Shown here piece by piece: positions 9,301-20,700 of a DNA stretch of 36,058 nt. Each line of letters begins with the position of its first letter. Within the stretch, counting starts at the first letter, position 1. Source of the stretch: a virus (Duplodnaviria > Caudoviricetes); the IMG/VR virus record IMGVR_UViG_3300029318_000034, positions 1-36,058 of that record; one strand, 5' to 3'. A program made the translations under genes and the position numbers. The notes below the pieces were generated by a model. The model ran no database searches. It was not told where the DNA came from and saw only the letters and a program-made list of their open reading frames with translations.

Positions 9301-10501
9301 CGGTTGTACTGAATCTAATCGGATGATTATTATTAGTAGAATCAGATTGATTAAATTTAATCAGATAATTTCTCTTTACTGTAATATTCTCTGGAGAAAA
9401 ATAAAATGTTCCTGGTACAAAATTGCCAAATTTTGCAGCATCAGTACCAAAATCAATATAGTATGCATTAAAAACTACTGGATCTTCCGAAATAGTAAAA
9501 GTAAATCCAGTAGATCCTAAACACCTATCATTTTCAGAAAAAGTAGATCCTGTAGATAGATTTCTCAGATATACTCTAGTTACAACATTCTCTCCATTTC
9601 TTACAACTTTAGAAATTTCACCCGTAGCATTACCACCAATTTCATCAATAGTTCTACCAATGGCAATTGTTCCTAAAGTCTCGTCAACATTTTCAACATC
9701 TAAAACTACATTACCATTTTCAACTTTTACATTCCAAGTAAATTGTTTAAATTTACCCCATTGCAACACACTATTTTCAAGTTTAAATTCATCTAGGGTC
9801 TTACTTGTATGATAATACTGAACATTACTATCAGTAACAGTATCGTATGAAGTATTATTTTTTACATAATCATATTTTACAGAATCAATAGCAAAATTAG
9901 TTGGTGCATTTCCTGTTGTACCCCACTCTGGAGTATGCAAAAGACCACCGTTTGCTAAGATACCAATAACTTTATTATTTTGCTCTGCTCTAGTTCCAGG
10001 ATTAGGAGCATCTTTTCCGCCACGGTAGATAAATGTCTGATTTAAATTTCTATCTACAAGAGGTCCACCACCAGGTGCCGCTTCTGCTTGCGTCCATACA
10101 GGTTTAGGATGATTATCTGATTGTATCGTAAGTCTATCCGTGGTTCCAGCAAAAGAACCTGCCGTGGGAGAATTTGGATGATTTTGCCAAATTCTATTGA
10201 TATCAAAAGAACTTACTACGGTAGGAGTTTCTTGTTCTGGAAAAAATTGTAAACGTAATGGATCATATCCACGACCTCTTTCAAGAACACGGACATGGAT
10301 AATCTGACCCGAATCGGCATCGACAATAGGATACAATAAAGCTTCCTGTTCTGGAGTTCCACAACCAGTAACAGTCAATCTAGGTGGATCTGCAGGATCA
10401 TATCCTGTTCCACCATCTACTACTTTTATAGCACGAACACCAAACGTCTCATCAAAGATTGGTTTGATGACGGCACCTGACCCAGGAACTTGTCTAGTCA
10501 T
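6374..10501 (-). CDS. Virion structural (baseplate-associated) protein with an interrupted YHYH-type domain, cupredoxin-like inserts and GxGY beta-repeats
   Basis: 1375-aa ORF. YHYH-family blocks include IGILANG, HSKIIGMSYDGYPIYGPYGY, LDEFNGKFAVTPDYPNGTYAYFMT and YPYVIG. Also has HP...YYYCLNHPNM and tandem GGGG-x-A-x-A...GxGY...P repeats. Confidence 0.85.
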   Translation of the reverse strand: MTRQVPGSGAVIKPIFDETFGVRAIKVVDGGTGYDPADPPRLTVTGCGTPEQEALLYPIVDADSGQIIHVRVLERGRGYDPLRLQFFPEQETPTVVSSFDINRIWQNHPNSPTAGSFAGTTDRLTIQSDNHPKPVWTQAEAAPGGGPLVDRNLNQTFIYRGGKDAPNPGTRAEQNNKVIGILANGGLLHTPEWGTTGNAPTNFAIDSVKYDYVKNNTSYDTVTDSNVQYYHTSKTLDEFKLENSVLQWGKFKQFTWNVKVENGNVVLDVENVDETLGTIAIGRTIDEIGGNATGEISKVVRNGENVVTRVYLRNLSTGSTFSENDRCLGSTGFTFTISEDPVVFNAYYIDFGTDAAKFGNFVPGTFYFSPENITVKRNYLIKFNQSDSTNNNHPIRFSTTADGTHNDSPGTLYYTSTGSSSAPAADYESEYMPIFMMNADESNRIYYYCLNHPNMAGQDGDEGYMIISTDTSAETLTNNYYVENYFGSGATLDYSRHTDGHSKIIGMSYDGYPIYGPYGYNSSGNAAREVSSHRLRSTAELPGTRPAVNSVTTTTYAVTVSNGQFLFDGSRPNFLSLGRGKTFIFNQDHSSNDGEYLLFSETDGGWHPSSSIGTTSFLYDLGVTYTLDGSTVTYAAYIAGFNSASQRRIQITVPVTAPTTLYVFAYQTSGLGLRTVQSGYLLGDLVQDYIYDSSVGTLDEFNGKFAVTPDYPNGTYAYFMTEDGSGNPVYPYVIGRKFYGTPIFEGDTPPEITQDFPDGAAGEVVLTDDGTVSYIKMTKNGDNYYGPAQAKILGGEGSGATVTPTVQTITGLTLLNQGRNYASAPTVIFEGGGGQDAQGSAKVDLTGKVTSVSIANAGEFYQEPPFVLLTGGGGIGAKAVATIDQGQITGITVTEPGKGYTSPPNVVFQRLVNLKRKTRARQANNASNIYLTGLTYDVGAADTEIYVKNTGSFPGSGEFILGYETISYTSKTDGKFGGLTRGVNFNYDQRVILDDGQNDSNGISTYKFNVGDRVIRRVESANNKVAKVYDWNATTRELLLTFEIDELAFIDGGIPSTEDATVQFDAGVSNSSGATDDPHVILVEEGSTITTLTVPIATLQDRAFEDNDENDGAGDGIADLVNTGTDYNNQINLDGGIYNSLYGIEATQGGTNTTLLAVGDSVKDASVPFKYANIATAGGLSEGTDHVSTLNIQLDALDGNGQNFSVNEVVTGDISGVRATVVSWDSTTKILQVKDVVRFNTGNVAKGEAGYFYTFSENSTVVDVYIQDAGTNYSATPTVAFENIGDIQATGTVNMTTAGDQVESITITNGGYGYVQSVDNTYDLHPELTFTNAGGDSTGSGVVAYAILGGEKLNGNGGASYRIKSIDYLTTARSK

Positions 10502-10506
10502 TTATA

Positions 10507-11727
10507 TCAGTTTAATACGTTGATGGTTCCATTCATTAATCCATGAATGGTGCATTGATAATAAAGAGTATTTGGAGCATCCATTGGAACTGTCCAATAT
10601 AGAACACTGGTTCCACTACCAGTTTGTCCAGCAGTATATGCAGTTCCAGAAAGACCTGCGGTACTTTGAATTCTAAATGGGTGTGCATTAGCATTGACAC
10701 TATTGTCAAATGCGTATGTCATACCACGCATAACATATAATGTGGGATCAGAAGTTGGAGAAGAAAAACCAGGACCATTGAATGTATACGAGGAAGAACC
10801 ATCCGCACCAAGTTCCCACCAAGTCATTGGACTGCGAGTAACTACCCAATCTGTACCACTCCAGTACAAGGAATCGCCCTGAGTAATGCCAGTTACATCA
10901 GTATCAGTTAGTGCGGTGAATGTCGTAGTTAAAGTACCATCAAAATTAATTGTGAGAGTATCACCACTAACTGCAGTAGCAATATTAGTGCCTCCAGCAA
11001 TTGTCAAAGTATCAGTAGCACTATTTGCTGTTGTATTTCCAGTATCACCAGCAACAGTGGCAAATATATTTTGCTGACCTGCACCTGCGGCATCATCTGC
11101 AGGAACAAAGTTAGTTCCATTCCACTTCAAAACTTGATTATTAGCGGGTGCATTAGTGGTGATATCAACATCAGAAAGATCATCAATACTTGAATATTCT
11201 GTGAGAAGTTTTGCTCTGGTATCACCAACACCACCAGCAGTAATATTAATATTTACATACGGATTATCATCACCATCTACAGTGTAAAAATATCCAGGAT
11301 ATGTTGCAGCAGCAGGAGCATTTCCAACATTACTATATTCATTTTTATAAGAAATTGTAGAACCAATATCTACATTTCCAGTTGCGCCATCAAAGGTAGC
11401 AGTCTGAGATCCTGCAATAATACGAACATCCCCAGTTCCGTTTGGAACAATACCAATATTTCCATTAGATGAGGAAACAATATTGTTTCCAGCAACATCC
11501 AATGCAGAAGTCAATGCATTATAATTGGCAGCAACAAAACTACTGCCATTATATTTCAACACCTGCCCTGTAGCTGGGTTTGAAAGTGATATAGTAAGAT
11601 TGGTGTTATTGCCTAAGGCAGTATACAATTCATCAAAATTATCATTAATTTTATCACCACCACTTCTCAGTGTATCACCTGTATTATCATTAGCAGAAGT
11701 ACCAATGTTTAGGGATTGTTTAGCCAT
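10507..11727 (-). CDS. gp9: gp9/gp10-like baseplate tail-fibre connector / short fibre with C-terminal cupredoxin-like domain
   Basis: N-terminus MAKQSLNIGTSANDNTGDTLRSGGDKINDNFDELYTALG matches the T4 gp9/gp10 N-terminal motif. Has internal LSDV...QVLKWNG fibre repeats and C-terminal HPF...LYYQCTIHGLMNG. Exact orthology (gp9 versus gp10-like) is uncertain. Confidence 0.75.
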   Translation of the reverse strand: MAKQSLNIGTSANDNTGDTLRSGGDKINDNFDELYTALGNNTNLTISLSNPATGQVLKYNGSSFVAANYNALTSALDVAGNNIVSSSNGNIGIVPNGTGDVRIIAGSQTATFDGATGNVDIGSTISYKNEYSNVGNAPAAATYPGYFYTVDGDDNPYVNINITAGGVGDTRAKLLTEYSSIDDLSDVDITTNAPANNQVLKWNGTNFVPADDAAGAGQQNIFATVAGDTGNTTANSATDTLTIAGGTNIATAVSGDTLTINFDGTLTTTFTALTDTDVTGITQGDSLYWSGTDWVVTRSPMTWWELGADGSSSYTFNGPGFSSPTSDPTLYVMRGMTYAFDNSVNANAHPFRIQSTAGLSGTAYTAGQTGSGTSVLYWTVPMDAPNTLYYQCTIHGLMNGTINVLN

Positions 11728-11747
11728 TACTCGCTATGATTTTTAGT

Positions 11748-11755
11748 TATTTATA
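11748..11755 (-). promoter_or_regulatory. T4-type late promoter TATAAATA upstream of the gp9-like gene, overlapping the gp7 stop codon
   Basis: Perfect match to the T4 late consensus, about 20 nt upstream of the ATG at 11727. Confidence 0.8.
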
Positions 11756-14700
11756 GGATCTCTGGATCAATTACTTCTTCACCATATTGACTGAGATCTG
11801 GTGCAGTCCAATCATCAGGAACTGTAGTTGCAACACTCACTCCAGGATTCTCATATGAAGAACCTGCGTTTGTTACTGTTACACCAGCAACGCCTACAAG
11901 TGCCTTAACTTGTCCATCAAATCCAGAGATAGAATCGAGTCTCACAGTGGGTCTAGAAGTATATCCAGATCCACCAGAAGTAACTTGAACCTTTTCAATT
12001 GAACCAGTGGTTAGATTAGCAGTCGCGTTTGCATTTTGTCCGAAGACAGATCCAAGATAATCAAATGTGATTAACGAATTTGAAGATTCAATAACCGCAA
12101 CCTCACGATCACTAACTTCACCCTCAATATCAATGAAGTCTCCTGCTTCGATTGGAGGAACAACTTCATCAGAATCAACGTCTGCCTCAGAACCAACATA
12201 AGAGAATGCTACAAATGTAGATCCAAATCTAGGAACTTCTGAGAAGATAATTCTAGAACCAACAATTTCAAAACCAACTCCAGGTTCTTGAAGAACACCA
12301 TTGATAGAAACAATAATGTTATTTTCTGGCAGAATTGTAGAAGACTGGATGCCATCTGTCAGAGTGAGTGAATAGAACACATCATTACGCTTGAGGTTAA
12401 ATGACTGGCGTAAAGAATCGAACTCGAACGAAATATCATCAAGTTGTCTCAACTTACCAAGATAGAATCCTGTGAAAGATGCTCCAAGTTCGGGTGCTTC
12501 TGTGAATTGAATGTTATCTGAGAACGCTGTAAAAGCATTTGTACTACCAGGAGGTTGAAGAACACCATTGATGAAGATCAGCATATGACCTGCAGGATCA
12601 GGAAGATACTGAGTTCCATTATCAGTAGTAAGTTTAAATGTGGTTTGTGTTCCATCAAACCCTTTAAAGAATCTCTTAACTCTTGCTTTGAGTTCCTTTC
12701 TTTCAATAATTACAGATCTATAATCATCAGGACCTCTGAGACCATCTCTGCCAGTAAATGCACCTTTAATATCAGTGAGATACAATCTCCTGTTCAAAGA
12801 AGTTGACTGAATATCCTGAACAAGAGCAGATGCTGCACCAGCAATTGTTGTCTTAGAACTAGAAGTCGCTCTTCCAACTAAAACCTCTCCACTAGCACCA
12901 TAATCACCAATAACATCATTTGAAGAAATTGAACCATTAACAGGAACATAGTAAATGTAATTATTATTGGAATCGTACTCACTAATAATTCCGTATACAT
13001 CAGTATCTTGACCACCATTAACAATACGATACAATCTATTACCAACAGTGAATTGATTAAGACTGGAGTCCACGGTAACAGTCAATCTTACATGACCAGT
13101 AGAAGCAATTCTGTCGCCTACAGAAATATCAAGTCCTGCGTACTTAGTAACTTCTAAATATTCTCTGGAAGACTCGGGATATACGACACTAGTACTCTCA
13201 AATGATCCAATCAGACTTCCAGTATCAACTGTAAGTCTACCACCAGTGTTATCTACTACTGATGCATTATTTTGTGTATATGAAACTGGTTCAGCAGTCT
13301 CAGTACTTGTGTATCCAAGGAAAGGAATATCTGCTACGAAAGATCCCTTCACATCAATTACGTGTAATCTATTTTCAAGAGTGCTGAGAGTAGCAGTTGT
13401 AGTATTAGCGCCACCAACAATAACATCAGAAATCGCCCAAGTTCCACCAGTTACTTCAACATCAAGATACTTATAATTTGCATCTTCATAGAATCCATAA
13501 ACAACACCCGTTACACTAGAATCACCTTGCTTAGAAACAGTTTCATTCATGGTATATGGTCCATCAGTGATGTCACCATCAATTCTAAATCTCTTATAAA
13601 CCTTAACGACTTTCGCCTCGTTTAATGTGAGTCTTTGAACTTCTGCAGATGCGTCAGATGTAGCAGAATAAATGTAGTCTGATTGAACCAGTTCTCCAGA
13701 AATACCAACAGGGATATCACGATCGCCATAAACTTTAGTTGGAACAGAAATAGCATTATTTTCAGTGATAGTTGTGTAATGCTCACTATCGCTCAATTGA
13801 TCATCAATGATATTCAAACTAGATCTAATTACAGTCATAGCTGTATCAGAATTATAATTTGATGCTACTGCAGAATCATAGAACTTACTAAATGTAGCGG
13901 ATGTAGAAGGACTTACTAAAGTATCTGAGAGTGCTCTCTTAGTGAAATCTCTAAGACGCTCAATAGCAAAGGTTTTAATATTATATTCACCATTAGTAAA
14001 GAATTGTGTGCCAAGAACAGATGTATAAGTTCCTAATGGTTGAGTGGTTAATTTAGCACCCCACACATAGAGACCGTTATTTGCTATTCCAGTATGATCT
14101 AAAGAACCAACGCTATTAAGAATACTCAGTCTTGTATTAAGTGCTGAGAATCCAAATCCGAAGGTGACTGTCATATAGATTCTAAACCACCCACTACCAA
14201 TGGGAACCATTCCATGATCACTAACGTTAATACCATTAGTAGCAAATACATTGCCAGTCGTACCATCCGTCAAATTAGCACTAAATTGAGCGTTTTCAGC
14301 ACCACTACCTAAACTAACGGTGAATCTAACTCTATCATATTCACCTTTTTTGACAAACATAGAAGATGTAAATCTCTGTTCTGATTGAGTAGAACCAGTG
14401 TCAAATGTATCGTTTGTACTATCAAATTTAATGCCAGTAGAATCAAAGGTGTCAAAAGATGTTAATGTGTAAGCTCTCGTAATAAAGTGCTCTCCAGCAG
14501 ATGCGGTAGTATCAACCTTTTCAGCAGTTTGTGTATTGTCAGGAGACAATGCATTATTAGCAGTAACACTACTTAAAGTTGCTGTCCAGTTTTGATCAAA
14601 CTGCTCGGGTAAAGTCCAAAGATTAGTGTTATCTACAGATTGACCAATCAGAGAAGTTAGTCCTTGAGCATATTCAAGAGTTTTTACATTACTATAATTG

Positions 14701-17700
14701 TTATAGTATTCATGAGATCCACTAACGCCACCTGTTGCAACAGTTGCTGTTGCGCCAGAAGGTGCTGTTAAATTAGCACCTGCAGCAAATATAGTTCCAG
14801 AAAGACTTCCAATCACCATAACAGATTTGGAGGTGTATAGAACTTTCGCTGTAGTGCCACCACTAGTTACAGTTTCACCAACGACAAATGTTCCACTAAA
14901 TGCACTGAATGTTAAAGTGTATGCTGTTTGTGTGTCAACTGTGTTAGATGTGAGATAGTCATATTCAATATTACCGATAATATCATCAACAAATCCATCA
15001 TAAACCCATGCTCCAGAACCAAATTGTTCGTTAACAAGAGATGCAATTTCTTGCTTGTAGTAATTTTTGTTGTAAACAAGATTTTTAACTACACTCTTTG
15101 CCTCAGTATCACCTGGGAATAAAGTTGCCAATCCAAAATCAACCAAATCTCTAAATCTGTACCAAACTTCATCAATGTCCGAAGGGGACTCTGAATCTTG
15201 ATATGCTGCTATGTTTGTATGTGCTGCTGCATATTGATTTCCAGTAACACTGGAACCATTGTCTCTCAGCAGATTCTTAATTGCCTTTTCACCGAGAACT
15301 TTAATTTCCTCATGTGCGTGGAAGAATGCATACAATTCATTATTAATTGAAGTAATTTCATTATTGAAATCTAAGAATTTCTCCATTTGTGCAATAGAAC
15401 TGTTATTTCCGCCTGTTTGAAGATCGGAAATTGCAGCAATAATGAAGTCTTCAATATATGTTCTATAGGTTGTCTTTGTATAAGTGTGTGAGGAGAATGT
15501 GCCGTTAGCAATGGTGTATTGAAGTTCCGTTCCAAGTAATCCAAGACTATTTGCAGAAGAGCGACCTGTGATCTCTTCAGAAATATACTCTCTATTAAAG
15601 TAGAGACGATCTCCTCCAATATTAAAATCATTATTAGTAGGAGCAATAATATCATTAATAGTTGTAATCAGATTGTCAATTGCGGTTTTGACATTAGCAC
15701 AACCACCAGCATCGTTAGTAATACCCCAATCACCAGTAATAATATTATCGGTATTATCATACGTCAAATCGCCAGTGATTGCTTCTTTTAAATAAACACC
15801 AAGTCTGTCGTGAGCAAAAACAGATTGCCAGACTTGAAGTCTGATATGCTGAAGTTCATTTTTATTATCAACATAGAACTTAGCAGCTCTAACTGTATTC
15901 TTATTGCCACCAAATTCAATGTCTTTAGCAATAGCATCAACAATCAATGCCATATCCGTTTTACATCTGAGCGTGCCAGCTCCAGTGCCATCACCATTTC
16001 TGGGCATGTCGTTAGACAAATCAGGATAGCGTTGAATCATATCAAACGCTGCCTTATCAACAATTACTGAATTATTTGAACGGATTAAGTTTGCTGCATC
16101 ACGGAATCTATATTGAGAATCTGCATCAATTTTATTAGCATACAGAGTATCATTTGCAGCATTATGATATGAAGAAGTAAATCCAACTTCATTAAATGCA
16201 TCAACCGTTCCACCCTGATATTCTCTTGCAGGTTGAACCTTAGTGATGGATGCAAGGTGATCTACAGGAGTGCCAAGGTTTGCTTGCTCTAAAGTATCTG
16301 TAAGGATATCCAACAGGTTGCTGATGGTGGAATAAACATCAGCACAATCGCCCGTGGTATAATTCAGAACCTTAACAGCATTTGCAGTAGCACTGACAAA
16401 TGTATGAGCATAACGCTGACCAACAGGAGAAGCACCGACATTTACAGTAATAGTAGTGCTGGTTCTTGCCTTAACTGCAAGAACTTTATCATATGCAGTT
16501 GTATTACCCTTATCAGGATAAGCAATTTCTCGATCATTGTTATCATCTGCACAAGTAAATGTAATGGAATCACGCTCTAATGCAACCAAAGAAGATGTTG
16601 TAAGAGAGTTGGTTCCAATAGTCAGAACAAGATCACCTGTTGCCGCATCATATGTTGCTCCAGTTGGAGTAAATGTGGTGTAACTATTATTATTAGAGTC
16701 AGTTAAGGTCGAATCAGTGAACTGAGTCAAACCATGATTACCCTGAACAGTCCAGAGAACATTGTTGATGATATATTGAAGAATCTCTTTGACCTTATCA
16801 TATGCCCAAACAGTTTCTGTAACTTCAGTGTCAACATGACTAATGGTGATGGGATTCGCAGTTCTATCGACATAGAGAGCAGAAGCATCCCAAATATGAC
16901 TATTAGAACCATTACGCATATCTTCAGCAATAGCATCTAAGATATCACGAATATCATCTTCACAATTTACGTTACCTCCAGGAATAACCAAAGAAGAATA
17001 TTGCTGTGTTAACAGATATACTGCTTCTTTAGCAATGAAGTCTTTGTTAGCAACAATCAGATTTGCAGCATCGTAATATCTGTGTGTCTTACCAGTAAAT
17101 CCAGTGACAGGAGCAGTTCGATTATTTGCATTATAAGTTGCAAGAATTGCATCATTATTAAATTCTTCACCATTAGTCAATGACTCACCACCAGACCAGT
17201 CTTCAGTATAAGTTTGTGCATCAGCACCATCAAAGTGTAAAAGCAGTTTAGTGGTAGTATCTCCTTGGAATATGCTTGTGGGAGCGGTGAATGCTGCTGG
17301 ATAACGACCAGTGGTAGAAACTCTAACTTCATCGATATGTCCATTAAAGTAATCACCAGGAACAACTGTTGCACCAATTCTAATTGGTTTTGTGGTGCCA
17401 TAATTATTCGAGTCGGAATAATTACTTCCATCTTGCACACCACCAACAAACATCTTGGTGACTGAACTTGTTCTAGAAACAGTGACGTGATACCAAGTAT
17501 TTGCAGCAAGAGTTGTCGTGCCAGTAATCACAACAGAACCATTTACAAAATACTTCAGATTTGCACCATCCAAATACAGATATGGAGAAACTTCAGTTCC
17601 AGTGGTTCTAAAGTCGATAATTGCTTTAGCACCACTTACGTTTGCTGGGCGAATCCAAGCTTCAATAGTAAAGTCGGCAGTGCCAAGTCCAAGTTCGGTG

Positions 17701-20700
17701 GAGGTTGGAATGGACAAATAATCACCTGTGCCATCTAAAAGTAGTGAAGATACACCAAACTGTTTTTGAGCAGTATCTAATTGTGCATCAGCATTGAAAG
17801 TGATATCAAAATAATCTTCACCAGTAGACTTACATCTACCAATCTTGCCGAGATATGCAGTCTTAGTTGCTTGATTATATCCAATAATATATGCTTTAGT
17901 ATCTAAAGTTCTAATTACATGACCCTCGGCAAGGAATCCAGAACCAACAGAATTTTTAAATGTTAATTTTCTAACATTAATTTCATCAGAAGTTCCAAAA
18001 ATACCACCTACTTCATTACTATATTCGAGTTTATAATTTCTAATAAACTCATTATCACTCAAATCATCGGATTCGTTATCATAAACAATAATGTTATTGC
18101 TAATTGATTCTCCCGATGGGAATTGACTATTAAATGCTGTAAGATTATCGTCAAAATCAACAATACTTACCTGAGATTTTGAAATATCATCAATAACAAC
18201 GTTTGGATATGAAATAGAAGTCAATCTATTGAATAACATACCAAAGAAAGATGAACCTTCAGAAATATTGACTTGCTCAATAAATTCATTTGTTACAGGA
18301 TCTTGATACGCACTCGTAGAAGTAACCTGGGCAACAACACCAGACTTAGCACCAATAATGTAATCATTTAACTGAATATCAAAAAGTCCTGGAGTGGATT
18401 GATATGTACCTGTGGTTTTACTCAGAATGAGGTTATTTGTAATCTCAATTTGCGTGGAATATAATGGAGTGTCTTCCGTATGTGAAAGTGCTGTAGTTCC
18501 AAGAACCCCTCTAGTAACAGTAAGAGTTGTTGATTCGGATCCATTATTGACTGCAGTAACAGTAAAAATTTCAGAACCAAGTTGATAATTGTCATTAATG
18601 GTAAATGTGTTTGCAGCAACAGGTGCGTCTGTAGTTGATGTTGCAGATACAACTTCAATACTAGTTGTTGCAGAACCAATTCCATAACGAAGTTCAGCAA
18701 CAGGTGTCTCTTGACCAGTTTCAAGATTGACCACTTCCACTTTTGCAGTATTGCCTTCTAAATTAGTAATAGTTTCACCAAAGAAGAACAAACCATTATT
18801 ATTCACATCAGCAATTTCAGTCAGTGTTCCTGAAAATCCTGTTGCACCAACTTGACATTGTTCATTAAGAATAAATGTGCCCTCAGTAACAAATCCACTA
18901 ATTATATCACCCGCAACACCTGTGACTGTGAGTCTAGCACCAGAAACAATACCAACTAAACTATTGCCAACATTGGGGAAAATACCACTAGTAAATCCCA
19001 TTGTCAAATTCTTAGTACTAACTTGAGAAATAGTAGTGCTAACATACTTTACACTTGCAGGAGCAGATGGTGGTTCTGCAAAGATAATAGAATCACCTTG
19101 AACTTCAAATGCAGTGTTTGGTGTTTGTGCAACACCATTAAGAACAATCAATAATTGATTTGAGTTTGCAATAACATTATCACCATTATTGACCGTGAGA
19201 GGGAACTGTGTTCTTTCACCATCAAATAATGGAGAAATGTCATCAAGACGTTGAACAACAGATGTTAAAATATTCTCTGAAGATGTAAGACGCTTTTGGC
19301 GGAATAAAACTTCAGTATTATTAAACTCAGAATAAATCGGTTCTGCTAATGCAAAATTTTGAATATTAGGAACAACTGCTTCTCTAGAAAGTTCAACTGA
19401 TTTAGTAAGTTCAAAATCAACTTCTTTATTTGCAGTAAATGCATAATCCTCAAGATTTAATTCACCAAATACTTTAAATGATGCGGGATGAACATTCTTA
19501 ATAAGAATATCTTTCCAATCGTCAATCGATACAGAAGACTTAACTGCATAAGAAAAATCTTGATAATAATAAGAGTCTTGAATTTTCTGAATAATTTCAG
19601 ATGGTTTACCAATGTCATCGATAAATTGACCTGTAGTTTTTGTAATAGATCCAATTTCTAAAACACCTTTAGCAATATTAATATCACTAATAATACCCGA
19701 TGATTTGGAGATAACACCAGTTACACTTTCTCCTTCGGTGAAAATATTATCATAATCAACAATTTTTAAAATTCTGGGACCAATTTGCCATCCCTCATTA
19801 GTAGAAACATAACCGATAGCAGTTGCATTTTCTAAAGAACTACCTTGATAAACTTGCTCACCTTCTAAGAATGTAGATGTAATGACATTTGCTTCAGCAG
19901 TAGCACCAAAAGAAGTAGTTAATAATTGCTGCCTGCCTTCACCAGCGTTTACAAATGACAGTCCATCACCCAAGTTAGCATTTGCTTGAGTGATTGCAAG
20001 TTTCATTTGATCATTTTCTAATGAATTTGCAGATCCAGTAATAGCGTAGTAAGTTGTAGTGCCATTCAATCTACCAGTCGCACCAGCAGAAAGTGGGAAT
20101 TCTGCACCGTCGCCAGTATCAACAACATTTAACGTTACTTCAGATCCATTAGCAATTCCATGTGGAAACGCAAACTGTAAGAGACCTAAGTCAATGTTAA
20201 CAACATAATTAAAAGTTGATTTCAATTCAATAGAAGGTGCAGTTGAATAACCAGCACCAGGATCCTTGATGGTAATAGACTCAATTCTTCCATTTCTAAT
20301 ACTTGCGTCTGCGATAGCACCACTACCTCCGCCACCTGTAATAATTACTGTAGGTGGTTGTGAATAACCAGAACCAGGATCAGTAACAGTAATACTATCA
20401 AGAATACTTGTAGATGTTAATTGAGCATTAATTGGGAACGTAATTTCAGGACGGAGTGTATAGTCATGGGGATAATCATATCCAAAATTATTATTCTTTA
20501 ATTTTTTAATTTTACCAACTTTTTCACCTTTTGCGAAAATAACTGCTCCAGATCCAAAGGGAGGAATTACTACTTCAACTTCGGCACCAGATCCAGTAAG
20601 TCCCGAACCAAGAATGCCTTCAATTGATTCAATATCAATAGATGCATTTGTATATCCTTTACCAGGTGAAGTAATAACTACAGATTGAATTTGACCAGGT

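Noticed and set aside
10499-10506. TATAAATG late-promoter-like motif at the start of the 1375-aa gene
   Set aside because: It overlaps the ATG itself, so a transcript from it would not include the start codon; it also has a mismatch at a conserved position.
10510-10830. Calling the cupredoxin-like domains a phage plastocyanin (petE) auxiliary metabolic gene
   Set aside because: They are domains fused within structural proteins, lack a signal peptide, and have C-x2-H-x2-M rather than plastocyanin spacing.
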